From Candidatus Hodarchaeota archaeon (GTDB lineage Archaea; Asgardarchaeota; Heimdallarchaeia; Hodarchaeales; Hodarchaeaceae): a stretch of 21,600 nucleotides of DNA. Position 1 is the stretch's first letter. Every line of letters starts with the position of its first letter. A program made the translations under genes and the position numbers. Shown in pieces: positions 1 to 8,865 of this stretch. Where the stretch lies: NCBI GenBank assembly GCA_029856365.1, contig JAHQWW010000063.1, forward strand, positions 1-21,600. The letters are read 5' to 3'. The notes under the pieces were generated by a model, which was not told the DNA's origin, searched no databases, and worked only from the letters and a program-made list of their open reading frames with translations.

Positions 1-202
1 TTTTCAATTATTTTTTCTTTTTATAAATACTGGAATTGAAGATGAATAACATTTGGTAAAAGTTCTAGGAGAATATTCCTCCCTTAAATAATAAAAAAAG
101 TAAAGAAAGGCTAAACAAGACAATATTGGTTCTGAGTTCACAATTGGGGCTTGTGAGTTTGTTTGAATCGCTATTTTTAATTAAAAAAACATTGAATTGG
201 AC

Positions 203-472
203 TCAAACAATTTTCGGAGCCATAGGCTCACCACAATGAGTTGGAACGGCTGCTTCTTTTTCACACGAAGCACAGCTGAATTTTGTTTCTTCAAAATCCA
301 TAGGTTCGCCACATTCTTCGCAAACAGGAAAGTCTTGTTCCGCACTACATTTGCTACACACAAGAACTACTTTTCGCTCTGAAACTGCTGCTTTAGTTTC
401 AACATGTTCTAATCCTTCTTTCCCTTCTGCTAGTTCTGTATCTGAAGGTGGGGTATCTTTTTCTTCACTCAT
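203..472 (-). CDS. Small Cys/His-rich double zinc-ribbon (metal-binding) protein with acidic N-terminal tail
   Basis: Motifs CSKC, CEECGEPM, CASC and HCGEPM. The SD AGGAG (482-486) lies 9 nt before ATG 472; ATG 478 is an alternative start. The ORF-track extension to 547 runs through a structured leader and is unlikely to be coding. A T-run follows the stop. Confidence 0.75.
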   Translation of the reverse strand: MSEEKDTPPSDTELAEGKEGLEHVETKAAVSERKVVLVCSKCSAEQDFPVCEECGEPMDFEETKFSCASCEKEAAVPTHCGEPMAPKIV

Positions 473-480
473 GATCATAA

Positions 481-585
481 ACTCCTGAACGATGACTATG
501 AGGACTGAATGTCCAGTAGCGTTCTTTTGACATCTCTTAAGAGGCAAATATCAAATTAAAGCTATCTATACAAGTCATCACAGAA
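481..585 (-). ncRNA. Structured 5' leader (candidate cis-regulatory RNA) of the Zn-ribbon gene
   Basis: Nested helices on the minus strand: GAUGACU/AGUCAUC (579-573/497-491), UAGC/GCUA (564-561/520-517), UUUGAUAU/AUGUCAAA (555-548/533-526), CUC-UUAA-GAG (543-534) and GGAC-AUUCA-GUCC (514-502). The G-U wobbles pair only on the minus strand. Confidence 0.5.
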
Positions 586-603
586 TAGTACACATGTTAT
601 CTG

Positions 604-611
604 CTTATAAG
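604..611 (-). promoter_or_regulatory. Probable TATA box (CTTATAAG) for the Zn-ribbon gene transcript
   Basis: TTATAAG is preceded by an A-rich BRE-like stretch. Canonical archaeal spacing predicts a start near 581-585, at the 5' end of the structured leader. Confidence 0.45.
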
Positions 612-824
612 TATTTGCAAAAATTACTATGCAGAAGCGTTGTCATACTTCATATATACAAATCATGAGAGGGACAGGATAATATTACTGAAGGAGGTAT
701 ATGTTTTATGCCAAGATTTCTAGGAATTTTTAGGTATGTCAATTTTCTCAATCTATTTTGAATATATATAACGATCTATAACTATGATCTGATACTGATT
801 TGAGGAATTACCTGTTTTAGTACT

Positions 825-2234
825 CTAAGTTTCCTCTATAATCAATTCATCTGGGAATCTTATGAAGATTAACAATGCTATCAACATTGGGATAAACGCC
901 AAAACACCCATTAGTAGGATTGGGCCTAAAGGGTCATAAATATAATAATAAATTCCAAGTTCTTCAGGATAATCAGGATGGAGAATTCTCTCAGTCACAA
1001 ATGCTCCCAAAATTATACCTTCAAGAAAGACAGCAACAGCAATAGCTAACTTTTCAGTAAACTCTTGAAAGGCATAGTACATTGATTCCCTTCGTAAACC
1101 CAGTCGTCGTTCTTCATCGTCAACTATATCACCAACAATAGTTGGAGGAAAAATCCATAAACCACCCATTCCAAAACCAATAAGACAAATCATTAGGAAT
1201 GCTATAAGTAGATTTCCTGGTGATATAAGAAACAGGAAATTTAGAAGGAGAGGGAATGTAAATATCACCATCGATAAAATGAATGCTTTTTTCTTTCCAA
1301 GAAACCGTGGTTGTGCTAATTTCCCCCAAATTGGAAAGCTAATGATGGCAACTACAATCCATGGGGCTGTTACGATCATTAATTCATCGAGTTCAAGAAA
1401 AAGAACACTGACAGCAAAGAAAGGCATTACTGCGTTCAATATTCGGAATGAAAACTGCATTCCAATCTGGTTTACTAGATAAATCTGATAAGAATCGTTT
1501 TGTAAACTAGTTTGTAATGATTCCATGAGCGGTACACGTGGTTGTTTCTGGATATCAGCAGCAGGTAATTCCTCAATTGGCAGAACAGCAACTATAGTAA
1601 CGAGGACAATGATTCCTAACACGATACTTGTCGTTGAGAATCCGATACGGTCATATAGAATAGGTGCAATTACTACACCGACAATATTCGCGAGAATGGC
1701 GAATATATTTCCCCATACTGCCAATGTTATACGTTCTTTTGATGTTGGAGCGATTTCAGGTAGAAGAGCATAAACTGGTACGAAAACAAATGTGAATAAT
1801 GCATCAAAGACAGATATAATAACAAAGAGAAAACCAATGAGGAGGATTTTTCCCAACTCATTAGGAAAGAGAGTTAGTACAAAAAGTGGTGGATTAAACA
1901 AAAGAATGAAACTAATAGTCATGGGTATGATTCCGACTAGTACGAATGGTCGGCGTCTCCCCCATCTCTCCCACCGTGTATTATCAGACAACCAACCTAC
2001 TATTGGATTTACAAATGCATCCACAACTCTACCAACCATTAAAGCAGTTCCCACTAATGCTCCTATGACTAGGGGTTCGAGTTGAACGCCTGTCATTCCC
2101 TCTGTGAGGTAGAAGTATAGCACAAATCCTAAAATGGATGCATTGATAATAGAGATGCCGAAATTACTAGTTGAATAAAGAAAGATCTCCTTCCGTGAGA
2201 GCTTTCGTTGTTGAATTCTGTTCATCGCTATCAT
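825..2234 (-). CDS. MFS transporter, glycoside-pentoside-hexuronide (GPH/MelB-like, MFS_2) family
   Basis: About 12 hydrophobic segments. GPH motifs: DAFVNPIVGWLSDNTR..WGRRRPF, YALLPEIAPTSKER and DIVDDEERRLGLRRESMYYA. ATG 2225 is an alternative start. Confidence 0.9.
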   Translation of the reverse strand: MIAMNRIQQRKLSRKEIFLYSTSNFGISIINASILGFVLYFYLTEGMTGVQLEPLVIGALVGTALMVGRVVDAFVNPIVGWLSDNTRWERWGRRRPFVLVGIIPMTISFILLFNPPLFVLTLFPNELGKILLIGFLFVIISVFDALFTFVFVPVYALLPEIAPTSKERITLAVWGNIFAILANIVGVVIAPILYDRIGFSTTSIVLGIIVLVTIVAVLPIEELPAADIQKQPRVPLMESLQTSLQNDSYQIYLVNQIGMQFSFRILNAVMPFFAVSVLFLELDELMIVTAPWIVVAIISFPIWGKLAQPRFLGKKKAFILSMVIFTFPLLLNFLFLISPGNLLIAFLMICLIGFGMGGLWIFPPTIVGDIVDDEERRLGLRRESMYYAFQEFTEKLAIAVAVFLEGIILGAFVTERILHPDYPEELGIYYYIYDPLGPILLMGVLAFIPMLIALLIFIRFPDELIIEET

Positions 2235-2401
2235 CCTAGCAAAAAAGGTAATTAAAGTATTCCAACAGTGATACTAGCTAACATTAATGCAATACTTAGG
2301 TGTCTATAGGCTTCAACCTTGATGTCATAACCTGTAAGTTGCTTTGTTGTAGTTTTATAATAGTATGACAGATCCTTTCATCTCCAAAAACTTAATTAAC
2401 A

Positions 2402-4309
2402 TTATTCTTTCCTAATATCTCTCATTAGATCAATCGCTGCAGTTACCTCATCAATGCTTGCTCCGTCTTCAATCGTACTTAAATCTCCTAATTGCTTTCC
2501 TTCATAAACACCCTTCATAATTCTTCGCATGATTTTCCCACTTCGGGTTTTAGGGAGTATTTTGACAACTTCTACCGCTTTAGGAGCTGCAATTGGTCCT
2601 ACATCATCACGTACTACTTGGATAATTTCTTTTTTTAGTTCTTCCGAAGATTCAAACCCCTGTTTAAGGACTACGAAAGCTATAATGACTGTTCCTTTCA
2701 CTGGGTCTTCAACGCCAATGCATGAGGTTTCAGCAACGGAATCATGGGAAGACACTGCCTCCTCGATCTCACGTGTGCCTAATCTATGTCCTGCAATCTT
2801 TATAACTTCATCAGCTCGGCCTAAAACCTTGAAATATCCCTCTTCATCTTGAATTGCATAATCACCAGTATAATAGAATTTTTTTCCAGGAAAAACTTCC
2901 CAATATGTCTGTTTATATCGTTCATCATCACCATAGACGGTCATCAGCGTCCCAGGAGGTAATGGTGGTCGAGATACAAGAGTACCCTTTTCTCCAGAAG
3001 ATACTTCGATTCCGTTTTCATCTACTACTAAAAGATCGTATCCCATTGCTGCAACACCAGCAAATCCTGGTTTAACGACAAGATCTTCAATACATCGTCC
3101 AGTTAAAATACTCCAGCCTGATTCTGTTTGCCAATAATGGTCGATAACCTTAGTTTCAAGCGTCTCTCTTGCCCAGTGGTAAGTAGGTTCATCTAAAGGT
3201 TCACCAGCAAGGAAAAAGATTCGTAAGGATGAAAGATCTCGGTCTTTAATCCATTTTATCGGAAATTTTCGAAGAATTCGTAAGGCGGTTGGTGCAGAGA
3301 AAACCACAGTGACTCCATACTTTTCCATTACTCGCCACCAAGCATCTGGATTGGGATAAACAGGAGTTCCCTCGTAAAGAACTGTCGGGATTCCTAAGAG
3401 GAGGGGAGCGTAGATGATGTAAGAATGCCCAACAACCCATCCAATATCACTGGTGGAGAAATATATATCCCGATCTGGCTGACAATCATAGATCTGCGTC
3501 ATTGATGCATGTAAAGCCACCATATAGCCGCCAGTATCACGAAGAACTCCCTTAGGCTTCCCAGATGTACCAGATGTGTAAAGAATATACGATGGATCTG
3601 TAGAGGCCATCATTTCTGGTTCAACATAATTCATTCCCTTTGTTTCTAGGAGTTCTGTCCAATCGAGATCACGCCATTCAGTTTTTGGGAAATTAGGATT
3701 TAGTCCTCGGTTTAAAACAACTACATGTTTGACTTCAGCAGTTGCAAGTTCTAATGCATCATCCACGATCTCCTTTAGTTTGACAATTTTCCCCATACGA
3801 CTACCAGCATCACATGTCAGGATTAGTTTTGGTTTAGCATCATTGATCCTTCCTGCAAGTGATTCCCTACTAAAACCAGCAAAAACCACGGAATGAATTG
3901 CACCGATACGAACACAGGCCAACATTGAAATATGTGCTTCTGGAATCATGGGCAAATAAATTATTATTCGGTCACCCTTTTTAACGCCAAGATTCCTTAG
4001 TACACCTGCAAATCGATTAACTTCACGATAAAGGTGATAGAAAGTATAGATTCGAGATTGTCCTGTTTCGGGGCTTTCCCAGATAACTGCAGCTGTTCCT
4101 CGTTTAGATCCAAGTGCATGGCGATCAACTGCATTGTAGCAGAGATTAGTTTTCCCCCCGACAAACCATCTGAAAAATGGATAATTAGAATCATCTAAGA
4201 CTTTATCCCACTTTTTATACCAGTGTAATTTTTCTGCTTCTCGGCCCCAAAATTCTTGGGGATTTTTGAGAGATAACTTATGAGCTTCTTTATATGAGGT
4301 ATGATTCAT
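2402..4309 (-). CDS. prpE: Propionate--CoA ligase (acetate/propionate-CoA ligase family)
   Basis: AMP-binding YILYTSGTSGKPKG, SDIGWVVGHSYIIYAPLL, FLAGEPLD, PrpE-type DHYWQTESGW, GHRLGTREIEE and C-terminal PKTRSGK. The start is placed at ATG 4309 (MNHTSY); the ORF track extends to TTG 4411. Confidence 0.85.
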   Translation of the reverse strand: MNHTSYKEAHKLSLKNPQEFWGREAEKLHWYKKWDKVLDDSNYPFFRWFVGGKTNLCYNAVDRHALGSKRGTAAVIWESPETGQSRIYTFYHLYREVNRFAGVLRNLGVKKGDRIIIYLPMIPEAHISMLACVRIGAIHSVVFAGFSRESLAGRINDAKPKLILTCDAGSRMGKIVKLKEIVDDALELATAEVKHVVVLNRGLNPNFPKTEWRDLDWTELLETKGMNYVEPEMMASTDPSYILYTSGTSGKPKGVLRDTGGYMVALHASMTQIYDCQPDRDIYFSTSDIGWVVGHSYIIYAPLLLGIPTVLYEGTPVYPNPDAWWRVMEKYGVTVVFSAPTALRILRKFPIKWIKDRDLSSLRIFFLAGEPLDEPTYHWARETLETKVIDHYWQTESGWSILTGRCIEDLVVKPGFAGVAAMGYDLLVVDENGIEVSSGEKGTLVSRPPLPPGTLMTVYGDDERYKQTYWEVFPGKKFYYTGDYAIQDEEGYFKVLGRADEVIKIAGHRLGTREIEEAVSSHDSVAETSCIGVEDPVKGTVIIAFVVLKQGFESSEELKKEIIQVVRDDVGPIAAPKAVEVVKILPKTRSGKIMRRIMKGVYEGKQLGDLSTIEDGASIDEVTAAIDLMRDIRKE

Positions 4310-4519
4310 TGATCGGTACCGACCTGTTTGTATAATGAGAGTTACAGGATTGATTACAAGTTGGTTGTCTCCTATATTTATAAAGAATTTTCTTACATTA
4401 AACCCACTCAAACGAAATTCTTTTCCGTTGTAGAGGAGATTGATTTTAATAAAAATGTAGAATTAATTTTTTGGATTTGCCATTGATTTTCCATATTAGT
4501 CAAGTAAGAAGCTGGTTAA

Positions 4520-5506
4520 ATGAGTATTAAACTTATTACCATATCCGATCTCCACCAAGGCAATCCTATCTCTCTTCCTAGCAATATTAGAGTGATTCCT
4601 CAAGAAAAATTAATTCAAAATCTGATTCAGCGTAAACCAGACTGTATTCTAATTGCTGGTGATCTTCAAGACTATATGTGGAATTTAGGAACCGAAACAA
4701 ACCAAATTACTCAAATTAAAAAACAATTGAGGAATGATCCTGTTTTTAATGCATTAAATAAAGGATCTGTTCCAGTCTATTTCATTTGGGGTAATACAGA
4801 TGTTATGGATCTTGAAAAAGGGAATCTTTATGATGAAACACCCGTGACGGATGAGTTACGTGATTGGTTTTGTAATACATTCCAGAATTTACATAACTGT
4901 CATAATGAAATCTTAAACATTAAAGGTATTCCGATTTTGGGATATGCCGATGCGAACAAGACCACAGACGATCATAGTGGGAAATGTTGGGACGAACCTA
5001 CTATCTTAAGCGACTTTCAACATCTTATTGAGGGATTAGATCCAGAAATAAGACGAAACACCATTTTTCTTACCCATACTCCTCCACGTGGAGTACTCGA
5101 TTTTTCTAGTTTAGGAGGTCGCCACATTGGATCATATTATTTACGTGAGCTTATTGAAGAATTTCAGCCACTTCTTTCAATCTTTGGCCACGTCCATTAT
5201 TGTGGAGGATATTCAGAATTCATAAATAAGACACAATGTATCAATGTGTCTTCCTTTGGACTTGTAGTTTCACACGAGATACTTTTTGGACAGAGCGCCT
5301 TTGAGCTCCAAATTAATCCTGATAAAGAGGTCAGTTCCACGAAAATGATTGTTTCACATTACTGGGAAGGAAAACAAAAGAATGTGTTTGTTGAATATCG
5401 TCATTGCCAAATTTGTGGAAGACATACACCATTTGCCAGAAAACAGTTTAAAACTTGCCGTGTATGCCTAGGAGCACGAAGAATAGAGGAGCAATTACAG
5501 CAATAG
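4520..5506 (+). CDS. Calcineurin-like (Icc-related) metallophosphoesterase with C-terminal CxxC-CxxC zinc ribbon
   Basis: Motifs SDLH, AGDL, GNTD (variant of GNHD), THTPP and FGHVH. C-terminal CQIC..CRVC. Confidence 0.85.
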   Translation: MSIKLITISDLHQGNPISLPSNIRVIPQEKLIQNLIQRKPDCILIAGDLQDYMWNLGTETNQITQIKKQLRNDPVFNALNKGSVPVYFIWGNTDVMDLEKGNLYDETPVTDELRDWFCNTFQNLHNCHNEILNIKGIPILGYADANKTTDDHSGKCWDEPTILSDFQHLIEGLDPEIRRNTIFLTHTPPRGVLDFSSLGGRHIGSYYLRELIEEFQPLLSIFGHVHYCGGYSEFINKTQCINVSSFGLVVSHEILFGQSAFELQINPDKEVSSTKMIVSHYWEGKQKNVFVEYRHCQICGRHTPFARKQFKTCRVCLGARRIEEQLQQ

Positions 5507-5572
5507 CTTTAAATTATTCTAGTTTATTAAAATTAATAGAAAAGTAAGATAAGATGAACCTTGAATTTAATA

Positions 5573-6658
5573 TTATTCAAAAGAATATTCAGTCAAACCC
5601 AATTCCTTTTGCATTGTGAGGATATCTTGTTGGATTGATGGATTGATGGGAATGCCTGTTTGATACCGTTTTTTTTCCATTTCATATTCTTTTTCCCCTG
5701 CAGTGTATATTCTTGTTTGACCTGGTGCTTTCTTAGAGTTTCTCAGTCCTCTAACAATCTCACCTGCAATTTTTTTGAAAGTCGCCAAGGGAAGAAAACT
5801 CTCGATGTTAATTGCAAGGAAGAAATGACCCAATTTGTAACCTTTAGCTAATGTTAAGTCTTTCATGAATGGCCCACCTGTGAGCGCAGCAGCGAGTATT
5901 TCTACTGCAGTTCCATACCCATATCCCTTGTGCCCGCCTAGGATTTCGCCAGCGCCTCCTAATGGGAGTAATGCTGCAGTTCCTTCAATCAGCTCATTCA
6001 ATACTGCAATAGTGTCCGTAGATGTCTCTCCATTCTCTTTTATAACCCAACCTGATGGAGTGGGTGTTTCTGTCCGTGCTAAGACTTCAATCTTTCCTCG
6101 TTGAGTTATTGAAGTAGCACAATCAATAAGGAATGGGAAAGACTCATCAGTTGGACAACCGATTGTGAGAGGATTAGTACCAAGCATAGGTTCTACACCA
6201 AAAGTAGGAGCAATAGAAGGACGAGCATTGGTTAAAGTTAAACCGATCATTCCTTCGTTAATTGCCATTTGAGCATAATAACCTGCAATACCATAATGAG
6301 TCGAGTTCTTGACTGCAACCGCGCCTGTACCGTATTTTTGTGCTTTCTCTATTGCTAATCTCATTGCATGATAAGCAGCAACATGCCCCATTCCATGGCC
6401 TGCATCAACCAGTGCTGTCGTCTCTGATTCTTTAATAATTTTGAAATCGGTAGTTGCATTCTGTATTCCCCCTAAAACCCGATCATAATACATTTTTAAA
6501 CGTTGTACGCCATGAGATTCAATTCCACGAAGATCTGATTTAATTAGAATTTCGGAACATATTTTAGCGTCTTCTTCTGGAACTCCAATTCCAATGAAAA
6601 CATCTTGCATAAAATTATGCAAAGTTTTAACATCTATAAATATAATATCTTTAGTCAT
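5573..6658 (-). CDS. Ldh_2 family (type II malate/L-lactate/sulfolactate dehydrogenase-like) oxidoreductase
   Basis: Motifs SDLRGIESHG, HYGIAGYYA, GTNPL, GGHKGYG-like LGGHKGYGYG, GHFFLAIN and RIYTAGEKE. The start is probably ATG 6658; the ORF track uses GTG 6670. Confidence 0.9.
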   Translation of the reverse strand: MTKDIIFIDVKTLHNFMQDVFIGIGVPEEDAKICSEILIKSDLRGIESHGVQRLKMYYDRVLGGIQNATTDFKIIKESETTALVDAGHGMGHVAAYHAMRLAIEKAQKYGTGAVAVKNSTHYGIAGYYAQMAINEGMIGLTLTNARPSIAPTFGVEPMLGTNPLTIGCPTDESFPFLIDCATSITQRGKIEVLARTETPTPSGWVIKENGETSTDTIAVLNELIEGTAALLPLGGAGEILGGHKGYGYGTAVEILAAALTGGPFMKDLTLAKGYKLGHFFLAINIESFLPLATFKKIAGEIVRGLRNSKKAPGQTRIYTAGEKEYEMEKKRYQTGIPINPSIQQDILTMQKELGLTEYSFE

Positions 6659-6827
6659 TAGGTTACACACTCATTAAAATTGAAATATTAATGAAGAATT
6701 TGCAATACAATCAAAATTGTGGTTAAACTTCAATTTATTTATTTGTTTTTAACAGATTTTCCTTTTTATTTAGTGAATTCATTAAAAGATCTTTAAGAAT
6801 TAATACTGAAAACATAATTATTATAGA

Positions 6828-7361
6828 ATGGATTGGAATCACATGAATAACTTGGCTTTAATAGTCATGGATATGCAAGTAGGAAATTTTACTGGACCAG
6901 ACCCTATCTATAAGTGGAAGGAACTGCTCTCTAACATCCTTTCGTTGATAGCTCAAATGAGATCAATTAAGGCCCCTATTATATATATTCAAAATAATGG
7001 GGGAAAGGGGGATCCTGATGAGCCAGGTACTCCAGGATGGGATATTCATCCCTCCATTTCCCCTATTGAAGGGGACATAACAATTCAGAAATCAACACCT
7101 GACGCTTTCCATAAGACATCCCTTAAATCAGAACTAAAAAGGATGAAAATAGGTAAATTAATCATTGTTGGTCTCCAATCTGAGTACTGTATTGATACTA
7201 CTTGTCGGAGGGCATTTAATCTTGGTTATGAAGTAGTATTGGTTGAAGATGCACATAGTACATGGGATTCAGAACTTCTTAGCGCCCAAAAAATCATTGA
7301 CCATCATAACAATGTATTAGGTAGTTGGTTTGTCTCATTAAAAAGAACTAAAGAATTTTAA
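6828..7361 (+). CDS. Cysteine hydrolase, isochorismatase family
   Basis: Catalytic triad motifs IVMDMQ (Asp), IQKSTPDAF (Lys) and GLQSEYCIDTT (Cys), plus LVEDAHST. ATG 6843 is a possible alternative start. Confidence 0.9.
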   Translation: MDWNHMNNLALIVMDMQVGNFTGPDPIYKWKELLSNILSLIAQMRSIKAPIIYIQNNGGKGDPDEPGTPGWDIHPSISPIEGDITIQKSTPDAFHKTSLKSELKRMKIGKLIIVGLQSEYCIDTTCRRAFNLGYEVVLVEDAHSTWDSELLSAQKIIDHHNNVLGSWFVSLKRTKEF

Positions 7362-7419
7362 TGGGAGAAATAGCTTTAAAAAGCGATTAAAAGATTTTTT
7401 GGTTTCATTACTGAATAAT

Positions 7420-8862
7420 TTATTTTAAATGGTTATTTGCTATATTATCCAATTCTTTTCTGAGATTATCGTCAATAGGCTCCCTAACTGGACGTTCACT
7501 TAACTTGACCGCAATTTCTCTTGCTCTTTGTCGAGCTGATGTTTCCCCGCTTGTTTTCCATTGATCACGAGTCTCTCTGTTTATTATTTGGTAATTATCG
7601 ACGTTAAATGGTAAATAAAGCTCCTTTTTGAATAACTGTAAAGTTGTCGGATGAGACAAAAGTGAAACGCTGGGGTCATAATCTTTGAGAATATTTTGAG
7701 CAAATGGTTCATCATAACTAACAATACCTTGAATGAGGCGTTTAACCATTCCTGCAATCTCATTATCGATGATTAACTTCTCTAAACTCTGGGTTGATTC
7801 AAAATCTAACATCCCAGGTCCAGAAATCATATTAGTTCCAGCAAGTCCCGCTAATAACGCCCCCATACCTCCCTCGAACCCAGCCTGGGCATCTGGAACT
7901 TTAGAATCGGACAATGTCATATAAGCATGTGTTGGAAGTTTTAAAAATTTCCCCATTTGAACATCTGCAATATTGATCATCATTGTTTCAATGGCACCCA
8001 TAGGGGTTGTACCATTCTTCATATCAAAAACAGCTGGAGATCCCCCCCAGATTATAGGTGAATTCTTTTTAGCTAGTTGAGCAATAACAAGACCAGCTAA
8101 ACTTTCAGCAGTATGTTGAGTGACACAACCAACTAAAGTAATAGGAGCAGTTGAACCAGCAAGAGGCATACTTACGAATTCTGAAGGAATTCCACTTCTG
8201 GCCGCATCAATCACACTTTGTGTTGTAAGGTTTGACCACATAAGTGGAGGACTTGGACAGGCATCAAAGATTGCTAGTGGTTTTTCCACCAATTTATCAC
8301 TTGAAGTTCTGGTCAATTCTAACAGGTCACGCATTATTGCAAAACTTTCAGTTCGAAAGGTGCCTGTGATAATTGGTTTAGAACAATTAAGGAGAGCCAG
8401 ATATAAGCGATGCCAATCTTGGGCATCATTAGGAACATCTGTGTAAACGATAGCTGTTGAATGTGCCTCAAGATAAGGTAAATGGTCAACAATCCTTGAG
8501 AACTTAATATAATCTGAAGATAAAGCTTCTCTTATGACTCCAGAGTTTAAATCTTGGATAAAAATGGCAGCTGATCCAGGATCAAAATGGATGTTATCTT
8601 GCGTTAGCTGAATTACTTCCTTCCCTTCTCTATCAAATAATTTGATCTCTGAAGGAGCATAAACCCGTAATTTTTCAATTAAATCATCTGGAATAAAGTA
8701 TCTGGGACCCTCATTTTCAACTCCTTCTTCCTGTAATAGATCTCGTGCTTCAGAATTTTCTATCACCACTCCTTGGATCTGAAGGATGGTTTTAGCTTCA
8801 TGAAAAATTTTTTCTTTATATTCATTTGTTAATAATTCGATTTTTGGTCTCATTATAGTCAA
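7420..8862 (-). CDS. Trimethylamine methyltransferase (MttB) superfamily protein, non-pyrrolysine type
   Basis: Motifs PLAGSTAPITLVG, AESLAGLVIAQL, GAIET, SDSKVPDAQAG and GPGMLD..SLEKLIIDNEI. Leu (TTG, 7912-7914) occupies the pyrrolysine position. An AGGAGG SD at the end of the upstream gene precedes TTG 8862; ATG 8853 is an alternative start. Confidence 0.9.
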   Translation of the reverse strand: MTIMRPKIELLTNEYKEKIFHEAKTILQIQGVVIENSEARDLLQEEGVENEGPRYFIPDDLIEKLRVYAPSEIKLFDREGKEVIQLTQDNIHFDPGSAAIFIQDLNSGVIREALSSDYIKFSRIVDHLPYLEAHSTAIVYTDVPNDAQDWHRLYLALLNCSKPIITGTFRTESFAIMRDLLELTRTSSDKLVEKPLAIFDACPSPPLMWSNLTTQSVIDAARSGIPSEFVSMPLAGSTAPITLVGCVTQHTAESLAGLVIAQLAKKNSPIIWGGSPAVFDMKNGTTPMGAIETMMINIADVQMGKFLKLPTHAYMTLSDSKVPDAQAGFEGGMGALLAGLAGTNMISGPGMLDFESTQSLEKLIIDNEIAGMVKRLIQGIVSYDEPFAQNILKDYDPSVSLLSHPTTLQLFKKELYLPFNVDNYQIINRETRDQWKTSGETSARQRAREIAVKLSERPVREPIDDNLRKELDNIANNHLK

Positions 8863-8865
8863 TGA

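Noticed and set aside
481-585. C/D-box sRNA or SECIS reading of the leader (GUGAUGA at 581-575)
   Set aside because: No properly placed CUGA D box lies on that strand. The AUGA is Watson-Crick paired rather than forming a GA/AG kink-turn, and no convincing in-frame Sec UGA is nearby.
4310-4411. N-terminal extension of prpE in the ORF track (similarly 473-547 and 13010-13150 for other genes)
   Set aside because: These extensions run through AT-rich promoter or leader sequence, and downstream starts fit family length or SD position better.
5573-7361. Ldh_2 and cysteine hydrolase genes as part of the betaine-demethylation pathway
   Set aside because: The hydrolase is on the opposite strand and separates Ldh_2 from the operon, and substrate specificity cannot be read from the sequence.
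7420-8862. Pyrrolysine-containing trimethylamine methyltransferase
   Set aside because: There is no in-frame TAG; the Pyl position is Leu.
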